This document shows positions 18,133 to 25,669 of a stretch of DNA of 64,000 bases, piece by piece. A program made the translations under genes and the position numbers. The stretch spans positions 247,452 to 311,451 of the forward strand of contig CAWBGT010000017.1 of assembly GCA_963788375.1 (NCBI GenBank), given 5' to 3'. Position 1 is the stretch's first letter; each line of letters opens with the position of its first letter. The notes beneath the pieces were generated by a model. It was not told the DNA's origin, searched no databases, and saw only the letters and a program-made list of their open reading frames with translations. Source of the DNA: an uncultured Chloroflexia bacterium (GTDB taxonomy: Bacteria > Chloroflexota > Limnocylindria > Limnocylindrales > CSP1-4).

Positions 18133-18273
18133 GTTCTCGATGGCGATCCCGGCGATGCTCCGGCCCGCCTGGAAGTCCTCGAGCCGGCCATCGATTCCGA
18201 AGCGCCTGGCGATCGTGGAGCTCGTGCCGCGTCCGGGCCCGGCCACCTCGGGGCGTTGCCGCCCTGAGGATCG

Positions 18274-18296
18274 CCGCGACATTCAGCTTGGGAAGC
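18274..18296 (-). repeat. 23-nt perfect copy of an internal segment of tRNA-Gly(CCC), tRNA positions 30-52
   Basis: ccgcgacattcagcttgggaagc is identical to 22379-22401, in the same orientation. The flanks do not match the rest of the tRNA. Confidence 0.95.
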
Positions 18297-18350
18297 GGTC
18301 GTGGCGCCACCGCCGGGCACCTGCCACGGCGAGCCGGGAGCTCCGCCGGC

Positions 18351-18794
18351 TCAGGCGTGGATCGCGTCGAGGGTGATCCGGCGTGCGTGGATGCGGCAGA
18401 TGACGCGAGTCTCGCGCGCTTGCTGGTCCGCCGGATAGATGCAGCCGTAGTACCGCGGATGGCGTGTGTACTTGCGGGTGAGCGCGTCGAGATGTTCGAC
18501 CGCGGCGTTCGTGACGAGTTCGGCGTCGCCGCGGATCTGGATGAACCGGCCAGTGTTATCCGGATCGACGACGAGGAGGCTGACGCTGGGGTCGGCGACG
18601 AGGTTGCGCCCCTTCTGGCGCTCCAGCGTCGTGTTCACCTGCACGCACCCGTCGTCCACGTCGACCCACACCAGGCTCGACTGCGGCTGCCCGTCCTGAC
18701 CCATCGTCGTGAACACGCCGCAGATCGGCCGCGTCAGCAGGTCGAGGTGATCGGGCGGGATCGTCGGCGCCGGGGGTGTGACAGGGGCGGTCAT
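18351..18794 (-). CDS. PPOX-class (pyridoxamine 5'-phosphate oxidase-like) probable F420-dependent enzyme
   Basis: 147 codons from MTAPVTPPAPTIPPDHLDLLTRPICGVFTTMGQDGQPQSSLVWVDVDDGCVQVNTTLERQKGRNL. 4-bp overlap with the upstream paralog. Confidence 0.8.
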   Translation of the reverse strand: MTAPVTPPAPTIPPDHLDLLTRPICGVFTTMGQDGQPQSSLVWVDVDDGCVQVNTTLERQKGRNLVADPSVSLLVVDPDNTGRFIQIRGDAELVTNAAVEHLDALTRKYTRHPRYYGCIYPADQQARETRVICRIHARRITLDAIHA

Positions 18795-19264
18795 CGCGGC
18801 GCCCCGCCCGGTGTTGCATCGACGGCGACAACACGGGTTGGGCGGATCCGGCAGAGGACCGGGACCTCGGTCTCGGCGAACTGCGCCGGGATCGCCTCGC
18901 CGAAGTAGCGGATCGGCCGCCCGGCGTACTTGGACGCGAGCGCGTCGAGGTGCGCAGCGGCGCCGTCCTCGGTCATCTCGACTACCGTGCCGCGGACCTC
19001 GAGGTAGCGCAGGGGCTGCCGTGGGTCGTAGCAGAGGAGCGTGACCCGCGGATTGCGCCGCATGTTCCGCTCCTTGGCGAAGCCACGCATCGTGTTCACG
19101 CGGACGAATGAGCCGTCGAAGTCGCACCACACGACGGATGTCTGCGGGTAGCCGTCGGACATCACGGTCGTCAGGGCAGCGACCGGCGGACACTCGACGA
19201 GGTCCCGGTGGGACGCGGGGATCTCGTCGACTGCGTGGCCGCGCAGCAAACCGATGGTCGTCAT
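18791..19264 (-). CDS. PPOX-class probable F420-dependent enzyme (paralog)
   Basis: 157 codons from MTTIGLLRGHAVDEIPASHRDLVECPPVAALTTVMSDGYPQTSVVWCDFDGSFVRVNTMRGFAKERN. ATGA overlap with the upstream hydrolase gene. Confidence 0.8.
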   Translation of the reverse strand: MTTIGLLRGHAVDEIPASHRDLVECPPVAALTTVMSDGYPQTSVVWCDFDGSFVRVNTMRGFAKERNMRRNPRVTLLCYDPRQPLRYLEVRGTVVEMTEDGAAAHLDALASKYAGRPIRYFGEAIPAQFAETEVPVLCRIRPTRVVAVDATPGGAPR

Positions 19265-20877
19265 GCTCGTCCCTCTGCGTGCGGGCGCCGTTGCCGTCGA
19301 GCGACCATCACCGCGGCCGCGGCACCTGCGATGACACCGACCGACGTGATCGCAGCAGCACGGGCGCCACTCGTCGTCCGCACCCTCTCGAGCGAGAGCG
19401 GCTGCCCCGGAAGCTCGACATGCACGACGGGCGAACCGGCGATGTCGCGGCCGAACACCACCCGGACGGTCGGCATCCCGAGTGTCGAGAGGTCCAGGCG
19501 GAACACGTTCGGGTCGTCGCGGTCGTCGGGATGGAGCGGCAGGCCCCGGAGGAGAGCAGGCACAGGCGTGAGGACGCGAGCCATGAGGCGCCCACCCCTG
19601 ACGAAGACCTGCGCTCCAGCGCCCAGTGCCACCCGCCCGCGGAGATCCGTTCCCGGAGGCAGCTGGTAGCGCCCGCACAGCTCGCCCCAGATCTCCGGGT
19701 TGTGCGGAACGTCCGTCCGTGTGGCGTCGTCAGGGACGCCCAGCAGTTGCCGCAGCAGGCGATCGAGCTCGATGCCCAGCCAGACGAACGCTCCGCTCGC
19801 GCCGTTCGTGAAGGCGAAGACGCCGACGCCATCGTCAGGGGCCACCAGGAGCTCGGAGTTGAACCCCGGCAGCAGCCCGTCGTGACCGACGATCCGGTGC
19901 CCGGCGGCCTCGGCACGGAAGAAGCCGAGGCCCCGGCCCGCGACGCGCGGATCCGGCTGGTAGTGGGGCTCGAACATCGTCGCCAGGGAGTCGTCCGCGA
20001 GGACGCGGCCGTGTTCGTTGGCGCCGCCGCCCAGGAGCGCCGCGACGAGGGCGCCAATGTCGTGTGGGGTCGAGTAGACGCCGCCGGCGGCCCCACAGAT
20101 CCAGTCGCGATCCGGGACGGGCTCCGCGCCACCGCGCCCGAGCACGTAGCCGGTGGCAAGGTGCGCCGCGACACGCCCGGATCGGGCGAGGTCGCTGTCG
20201 AGCATGCCGAGCGGCTCGAAGAGTCGCTCGCGAAAGTAGCGCGCGGGGGGGATCCCGCTGACGTCCTCGACGAGCTGGCCGAGCGTCGCGAACCCATGGT
20301 TCGTGTACTGGAACGAGGTGCCGGGGTCGACCGTCACCCTGAGACCACCGCGGTAGTACTCGGCGAGCGTCGGCATGGGCTCGCCCACGGGCACGCTGAA
20401 CTCGGCCGGACGCATCCCGAACGGCCCCCAGCCAGGGTGGAGGAGGTCGGCGACGTGAACCACCTCGGGGATGCCGGCGGTATGGGTCAGCAGGTCGCGG
20501 ACGGTCGCCGGCCGGAAGCCCGGCTTCGCCGGGACCAGGTCGTAGGCGCGCAGGTACTCGCTCGCCGGCGCATCGAGGTCGATCAGGCCCCGCTCCGCGA
20601 GCTGCATCACGGCGATCGCGGTGAACAGCTTGGTGACGGAGGCGATCCGGAAGACCGTGCGCTCCGTGATAGGCCTGTTCGATGCGATGTCGGCGAGCCC
20701 ATGGCCGTGGAAGTAGGCGAGACGGCCGTCACGGACGACACCCAGCGCCAGGCCAACAGTCGGTCGACGCTGGAGGAGTTCGCGGATGCGCGCGCTCCAG
20801 GTCGAGGTCGGGCAGCTTGGGGAGGGGCGGGCGTCGCGCGCCTGCAGACGCTTCCGACGGCTCCCGCCCGAGGCCAC
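19261..20877 (-). CDS. Serine hydrolase, beta-lactamase/transpeptidase-like (class C fold) with a C-terminal TM anchor
   Basis: SxxK motif in FRIASVTKLFTAIAV. Also LLTHTAGIP and a C-terminal hydrophobic stretch AAAITSVGVIAGAAAAVMVA. GTG start; the N-terminal extent is uncertain. Confidence 0.85.
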   Translation of the reverse strand: MASGGSRRKRLQARDARPSPSCPTSTWSARIRELLQRRPTVGLALGVVRDGRLAYFHGHGLADIASNRPITERTVFRIASVTKLFTAIAVMQLAERGLIDLDAPASEYLRAYDLVPAKPGFRPATVRDLLTHTAGIPEVVHVADLLHPGWGPFGMRPAEFSVPVGEPMPTLAEYYRGGLRVTVDPGTSFQYTNHGFATLGQLVEDVSGIPPARYFRERLFEPLGMLDSDLARSGRVAAHLATGYVLGRGGAEPVPDRDWICGAAGGVYSTPHDIGALVAALLGGGANEHGRVLADDSLATMFEPHYQPDPRVAGRGLGFFRAEAAGHRIVGHDGLLPGFNSELLVAPDDGVGVFAFTNGASGAFVWLGIELDRLLRQLLGVPDDATRTDVPHNPEIWGELCGRYQLPPGTDLRGRVALGAGAQVFVRGGRLMARVLTPVPALLRGLPLHPDDRDDPNVFRLDLSTLGMPTVRVVFGRDIAGSPVVHVELPGQPLSLERVRTTSGARAAAITSVGVIAGAAAAVMVARRQRRPHAEGRA

Positions 20878-21370
20878 TGACGAGCGTCATCGCATCACCC
20901 TCAACCGATCCGTGCAACGGCCGCCATGCGGGAGGGCGCGACGGCCACAGACCGGTCCGCGAGGTGGCGGGCCGCTCCGGCCGCTGTCGGCACGGCTGGC
21001 CGGTAGGTTCCTCCGAGGCACATCCCATTCCCAGTGCCGTCGGGCACAAGCGACGGCACTGGATCCGGCTCCTCGGGCGTGCCTCCCAGTGCGCCTCTGC
21101 AGGCCACGGTACCGGCGCTTCGGCACTTGTCGGCGTGCGCACTGCCGTCCCTGATTGGGGATACCCGAGTCGATCGCGAACGCGTGATGCAGGCGGCGTT
21201 CGCGCCGGCGTCGCGATCGAAGGACACGAGGCGGTAGAAGGCGTGGCCAGACTCCGCGCAGGTGACGCGTCCCCCAAGCCGAGGCGATCGGGCATGGCCC
21301 TGGACGCCTTGCGGATCTCCGCTCCCCCTCGAGGTTGTTCTCGTCTCGCGGTAGCCTTGGACATCTCGCC

Positions 21371-22231
21371 ATGAGCGCCGCGGCAACACGACGCGCTGCG
21401 AGCTGGGTCGGCGAGGTCCACGTCTATGAGTCCGGGGATCGCGTGTCGTCCACCGTGGTGTTCGTCCACGGCGGCGGGCCGAGCGGGCGGATGTGGCAAC
21501 GACATCTGGATCAACTGGCCGGCACCTTGCACTGCCTCGCGCCCGACCTCCCTGGCTTTGGACGGAGCAGCCGCCTGCCAAGCATCTCGTTGGCGGAGAC
21601 CGCCGATCTGGTCGCCCAGCTGATCCAGGCACGTGTCCCGACCGGGCGGGCGCACGTTGTTGGCCTGTCCTACGGCGGCTCGGTCGTCCTCGCCCTCCTC
21701 GATCGGCACCCCGATCGCATCGACCGGGCCGTGGTCGACGGGAGCGGCGTCCTCGCGTCGTGGGTCGATCCGCTCGTGGTGCTCGGCGCCGAGGTGGTGT
21801 CGTCGATCGCGGGCACGCGACCGGTGGCAGCGATCCTGGGCCGGATCGGGCTGCGCGGGCTCGGCCTCGCCCTTCGAGGGGCTTCGCCTGCCGCGATGCG
21901 ACGCGCCTTCAGGGAGGGCTACACCGCGCCCGTTGCGAGAACACAGCTCGAGGCGGACTGTCCCACGCTGTTCGTGGCGGGCGAGCACGAGCGGACGGTT
22001 CGTGCGTCCAATGCAGCGTTCGCCGCGCTGATGCCGCACGCGATCGCCCGCTACGTGCCCGGCCGGGGACACGCTTGGTTCGCCTGGCGACCCGAGCTGC
22101 ACGTGCGCATGGTCGAGGCCTGGCTGTCGGGGCAGGCGCTCCCAGCGGGGCTCGAGCCCGAACCTGCATCGCCGGCGGCCGTGGAGCGGGTGCTCCGTCT
22201 GCTCGACGCTGCGCCCGCAAGAACGCCGTGA
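21371..22231 (+). CDS. Alpha/beta-fold hydrolase
   Basis: VVFVHGGGPSGRMW, APDLPGFGRS and the nucleophile elbow VVGLSYGGSV. ATG 21371 is preferred over TTG 21335. Confidence 0.85.
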   Translation: MSAAATRRAASWVGEVHVYESGDRVSSTVVFVHGGGPSGRMWQRHLDQLAGTLHCLAPDLPGFGRSSRLPSISLAETADLVAQLIQARVPTGRAHVVGLSYGGSVVLALLDRHPDRIDRAVVDGSGVLASWVDPLVVLGAEVVSSIAGTRPVAAILGRIGLRGLGLALRGASPAAMRRAFREGYTAPVARTQLEADCPTLFVAGEHERTVRASNAAFAALMPHAIARYVPGRGHAWFAWRPELHVRMVEAWLSGQALPAGLEPEPASPAAVERVLRLLDAAPARTP

Positions 22232-22354
22232 CGTCTCCGGGGTGGATGGGTCGTGGGTGAAGACCACCACCGGGCTCAGCGTCGCCAGGTGCTCGCCCCA
22301 GCGTTTGCGGTAGGCGCCAGGGCACGCCAACGCCGGGGGATCAGAAGGGGAAGG

Positions 22355-22430
22355 TGGAGCGGGAGACGGGGTTCGAACCCGCGACATTCAGCTTGGGAAG
22401 CTGACACTCTGCCAACTGAGTTACTCCCGC
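22355..22430 (-). tRNA. tRNA-Gly(CCC): tRNA-Gly, anticodon CCC, CCA-encoded
   Basis: The reverse complement reads GCGGGAG-TA-ACTC-AGTTGGCA-GAGT-G-TCAGC-TTCCCAA-GCTGA-ATGTC-GCGGG-TTCGAAC-CCCGT-CTCCCGC-T-CCA. It is a 76-nt cloverleaf with a 7-nt anticodon loop. Confidence 0.93.
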
Positions 22431-22443
22431 TCGGGAGAACCCG

Positions 22444-22472
22444 AGTCTAGCGCAGCGATCGTCCGTCCTCAA
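22444..22472 (-). promoter_or_regulatory. Putative tRNA-Gly promoter (-35 TTGAGG, 17-nt spacer, -10 TAGACT)
   Basis: The minus strand reads TTGAGG-acggacgatcgctgcgc-TAGACT. The -10 ends 13 nt upstream of the tRNA 5' end. Confidence 0.45.
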
Positions 22473-22836
22473 CCACGCCGCCGCCGGGGCTGTCGATCGC
22501 CTTGACGGCCGAATTCCGTGGGCCATACGATTCGCCTGTCGCGCGAGCGGCACGCATCGAGAGCGCCGGAGAGATACAGCTCGACGAAGGCGCGGCAACC
22601 ACCGGTCCTCCCGGGACCGGAACGGTGCCAACGCTGTAACCCGATGCGGCAGGGTCCCGACCACGGACCGGCAACGGCATGCGCCTGCGTGACACGCGCC
22701 CGCGCGCGCCGCCCAACGTGGACGGCGTTCCCATCGAGAGTGCCGGAGGGGCCTGGCCCGCAGATGGCACCGCAACCGGACCCGGCGGCACGCCGGGAGC
22801 ACGGTGCGCCTCCCAGGCCGGATGGGAGAACGTGCC

Positions 22837-23628
22837 ATGACCTCCACGCACACGCGAGCCGCGGCGCGCGCGGCCACGCCGGGCGCCGCAACGCCGGCTG
22901 CCGGTACGCCGGTCAACGTGGGCCAGGTGCCCTTCGACGGCTTCCCGTACCTCGTCACCCGGATCGGCCGGACGCCGCTCCGCCATCTTGCGGTGGTGCC
23001 CGCCGATTGGTCGCGGGACCAGCTGGTGGACCTCCTTTGCCGCCAGGTGGATGCCAACCAGCTCGACACCTGCCTCTGCCTCGGACCCGCCGATGCGGTC
23101 TACGTCCGGCCGCCTGGCCGGCCCACTCCGACCCCGCACATCCCGACGGGCATCCCGGTCCTCGACCGCATCGTGATCGCGGACCCGCTGCCCGAGTCAC
23201 CGGACCTGGCCCGGCGCCATGCGGCGCTCGTCGCCTACGTAACGCGCAACGGGGCGACCGGCCACCTCGTGGGCGACGGGCTCGAGGGCGGCACCCCCGC
23301 CACGCTCGAGGACGTCGCCCGGCTGTCCGGCACCGGACCCGACGGCCTTCCGCCGGGCCTCCGGCGGTGCGGGTCCTGTGGCCAGCCGCGCGGCGAGCAT
23401 CTCTCGATGCGCGGCCTGGACTACGACGAGCGGAACCCGCGCGTGGTCCCCGTCCACTGCCAGTGCGACAACCACAACCGTTGCGCCGGCTGCGGCCGAC
23501 CGCTCGCGGACCAGCGCCTGAGCGCCTGGTACTGGGACGAGGAGCGGGCCGGCGCCTGGTATGTCGCCGCCTACTGCGGCCTCTCCCACCGGTGCGACGC
23601 CGTCAAGCCGGCGGTGAGTGACCCCTGA
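22837..23628 (+). CDS. Hypothetical protein with a C-terminal Cys/His-rich (probable zinc) module
   Basis: MTSTHTRAAARAATPG ... RRCGSCGQPRGEH ... VHCQCDNHNRCAGCGRPL ... YCGLSHRC. Third codon positions are consistently G/C-rich. Confidence 0.65.
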   Translation: MTSTHTRAAARAATPGAATPAAGTPVNVGQVPFDGFPYLVTRIGRTPLRHLAVVPADWSRDQLVDLLCRQVDANQLDTCLCLGPADAVYVRPPGRPTPTPHIPTGIPVLDRIVIADPLPESPDLARRHAALVAYVTRNGATGHLVGDGLEGGTPATLEDVARLSGTGPDGLPPGLRRCGSCGQPRGEHLSMRGLDYDERNPRVVPVHCQCDNHNRCAGCGRPLADQRLSAWYWDEERAGAWYVAAYCGLSHRCDAVKPAVSDP

Positions 23629-23695
23629 GAGGATGCAGCCGAGACGCGCCCGGGCACGAGGCTGCGCGTCTGCGTCACTCACCTGGAGGCGCATC

Positions 23696-23724
23696 TTGAC
23701 TGGGCACCCGATTGGTGACAGATT
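23696..23724 (+). promoter_or_regulatory. Putative promoter (-35 TTGACT, 17-nt spacer, -10 CAGATT), leaderless geometry for the DUF433-like gene
   Basis: TTGACT at 23696-23701 and CAGATT at 23719-23724. The ATG at 23732 lies 7 nt after the -10. Confidence 0.3.
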
Positions 23725-23731
23725 GGCACCA

Positions 23732-24256
23732 ATGACTGCGAGACCACCCAAGAACCGGCACCGCCTGTTCGCCGATGTTCCCGAGGCGACCGATGCGCGG
23801 GTGCGCCAGACGGCGCGCACGTTCTATCGGGGTGTTGTCAGCGATGCCGTCACCACGGCGCTCGAGACGTTCGAGTGGGTAGTCGACGCTCGAAGACGGG
23901 GCAAACGCGTGATCGCGACGGACGCCGACATGCTGCCGGCCACCTTCGAGGAGCCGGTCATCGCCGGTCTCGAGCGTCTGGGCCACGAGTGGACGTGGCT
24001 CGTGCGCCGGGATCACCCGTGGCGGCGCCAGCTCTGGATCAAGGGCCGGAACATCGCCGCCGGCGACCTCGCCCGGACGGCCGCGATCGAATGCTGGACG
24101 GCCGATGAGACCGCAAGGGAGTTCGACCTGCCCGTCGACGCCGTTCTCGAGGCACAGCGGTACGCGGAGATCGCCCGCGACCTGATCGCCGCCGAGGAGG
24201 CGGAGGATCGGATCGTCGCCCAGCGCTTCGAGCCCGACCTTGCGCCTCTACCTTGA
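23732..24256 (+). CDS. DUF433-like domain protein (putative antitoxin-type partner)
   Basis: The C-terminal RRQLWIKGRNIAAGDLARTAAIECWTADETAREFDLPVDAVLEAQRYAE resembles the DUF433 HTH-like domain. ATG 23732 was chosen inside the 212-aa track ORF. Confidence 0.65.
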   Translation: MTARPPKNRHRLFADVPEATDARVRQTARTFYRGVVSDAVTTALETFEWVVDARRRGKRVIATDADMLPATFEEPVIAGLERLGHEWTWLVRRDHPWRRQLWIKGRNIAAGDLARTAAIECWTADETAREFDLPVDAVLEAQRYAEIARDLIAAEEAEDRIVAQRFEPDLAPLP

Positions 24257-24521
24257 CGAGGACACAGCAAGCCTCCAGTTGATAAGGAGGCTTCGCGCAG
24301 CCGGTCACGTCGTGATCGAGCCACTGCGGGGCATGTCCGACTTGCGCTGCTGGCGGCACGCCAGGGCGGAGCGCGCCGTCGTCCTCACGACAAACGCGCG
24401 GGACTTCGTGGCCCTCGCGGGGACGGGGGCGCATCACGGCCTGCTGCTCGTATATCGCGAGAACGACCCGACCCCGAGCTGGAGCGGCTCGCCGCAGCCG
24501 AGTGAGGGAGCCCAGGCATAG
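24240..24521 (+). CDS. DUF5615-like (Mut7-C/PIN-like) protein
   Basis: (M)RLYLDEDTASLQLIRRLRAAGHVVIEP ... AVVLTTNARDFVAL ... HHGLLLVYRENDP. TTG start, 17-nt overlap with the DUF433-like gene. The C-terminal tail looks atypical. Confidence 0.6.
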   Translation: MRLYLDEDTASLQLIRRLRAAGHVVIEPLRGMSDLRCWRHARAERAVVLTTNARDFVALAGTGAHHGLLLVYRENDPTPSWSGSPQPSEGAQA

Positions 24522-24611
24522 GTCGACGCCCCGTCGGGCGCGCGGTGGGCCTCGATGGCTTGTGGCGCGCTGACGGGGCGTCGTGGTTGCACAGGCCGGA
24601 GCCCGTGCGAG

Positions 24612-24707
24612 CTAGATGGGACGTGCCGACGCGATGCCTGCGATGGCGATCGCCGCGACGGCACAGACGCGCACGAGCGCGTCAAGGCGCCGGTGGCCGC
24701 GAAGCAC
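24612..24707 (-). CDS. Candidate 31-codon hydrophobic peptide ORF (speculative)
   Basis: GGAGG lies 5 nt upstream of the GTG. The peptide is MLRGHRRLDALVRVCAVAAIAIAGIASARPI. It sits in an otherwise ORF-poor 0.75-kb gap. Confidence 0.2.
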   Translation of the reverse strand: MLRGHRRLDALVRVCAVAAIAIAGIASARPI

Positions 24708-25278
24708 ACCAACCTCCTGACTTCGGCAGCCCGGCTGACTCGCCTGCGCGAGTCCCGTGGCTTTGCGTCCCCGGGTCACCCCGGGTTTGCCTTTATCGGC
24801 CAGCCTCCTGGCTGGGACGGCGCTTGCCGCCTGCCGGAACGGTAGCGGCTCCCGGTGCGCCTGTGCACCCTCCAAGCCGTCCCAGTCGAGGCCGTACCTT
24901 GGTCGGGGAGCCGGCGCTCATCCGCATCCGCACGCCCGCTCGACGATCGCCATCACGAGCCCCAATCGGCCCATGCGGCCCGTCCGGATGGGTCATGTGC
25001 ACCGCTCAGCCGCACGCCTAGCATCTGGCAGACGTCCGGCCCGGCAGGGATCAACGCGCAGACGAAGGTACTGGTCGGGACTTGAAACTTTGCCGGCATC
25101 GGGCGACACAGAGAAGCGGGCCATCGGTGGCCTCCAGGCGCGTCCCCGCTGGAGACCACCGCCGTCGCCACCGCGTACTGCGAGGCGTGATGATGTCGTG
25201 CGCCAATGAGGAGCGGAGACCGCTTCCGCGCGCGCCCATGCCCGCGACGCTCCCGCGCCCAGCGACGACTCACAGCTG

Positions 25279-25668
25279 ATGATCGGCCTCCGGGGGATGC
25301 TCGGCCGGATGCAGTCCGTCGATGACGGGCACGCCACGTCGCCCGGCGACGACGCCGGCCTGAACCCGAACCCGGCCTCCGCTCCGGACGCACGCCTCGC
25401 CAGGCTCGTCGCGCGCGACGTCCTCAAGCGCCGCGCGATGGTCTCGGCCCTGGTCGTCGCGGATCCGGTCCGCTGCGTGGAGTGTGGGATCTGCTCCTAC
25501 AACTGCCCGCTGGGCATCGACGTCCGCTCGCATGTCCGGCGCAGCCTCCCGGTCTCGGACAACCGCTGCCTCACGTGCGGCGAGTGCGTCGCTCGCTGTC
25601 CGCGCGGCACGCTCCGCTTCGAGGAGTCGACGGTGTTCGCCGCCGGTCCGGCCGCGGCGGGCGAATGA
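25279..25668 (+). CDS. 4Fe-4S dicluster (ferredoxin-type) domain protein
   Basis: Two CxxCxxCxxxCP motifs: CVECGICSYNCP and CLTCGECVARCP. The N-terminal ~65 aa are low complexity, so the start is uncertain. Confidence 0.8.
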   Translation: MIGLRGMLGRMQSVDDGHATSPGDDAGLNPNPASAPDARLARLVARDVLKRRAMVSALVVADPVRCVECGICSYNCPLGIDVRSHVRRSLPVSDNRCLTCGECVARCPRGTLRFEESTVFAAGPAAAGE

Positions 25669-25669
25669 C

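Noticed and set aside
20901-21290. Coding-like frame on the minus strand just upstream of the serine hydrolase (…VTCAESGHAFYRLVSFDRDAGANAACITRS…AVARIG, third positions ~75% G/C by eye, stop 24 nt before the hydrolase start).
   Set aside because: No ATG, GTG or TTG precedes the good-looking part before the frame collides with the alpha/beta hydrolase gene. No motif was recognised. It could be a gene remnant or chance.
18297-22354. Calling the segment between the tRNA-Gly copy and the tRNA a mobile element or genomic island.
   Set aside because: There is no integrase, excisionase, transposase or conjugation gene. The distal repeat lacks the tRNA 3' half, and I cannot measure compositional deviation by eye. 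It is reported only as an observation to test.
24440-24521. Suspected frameshift at the 3' end of the DUF5615-like gene.
   Set aside because: Alternative frames give only short tails (for example …DPELERLAAAE-stop) that are no more convincing. This cannot be established without homolog alignment.
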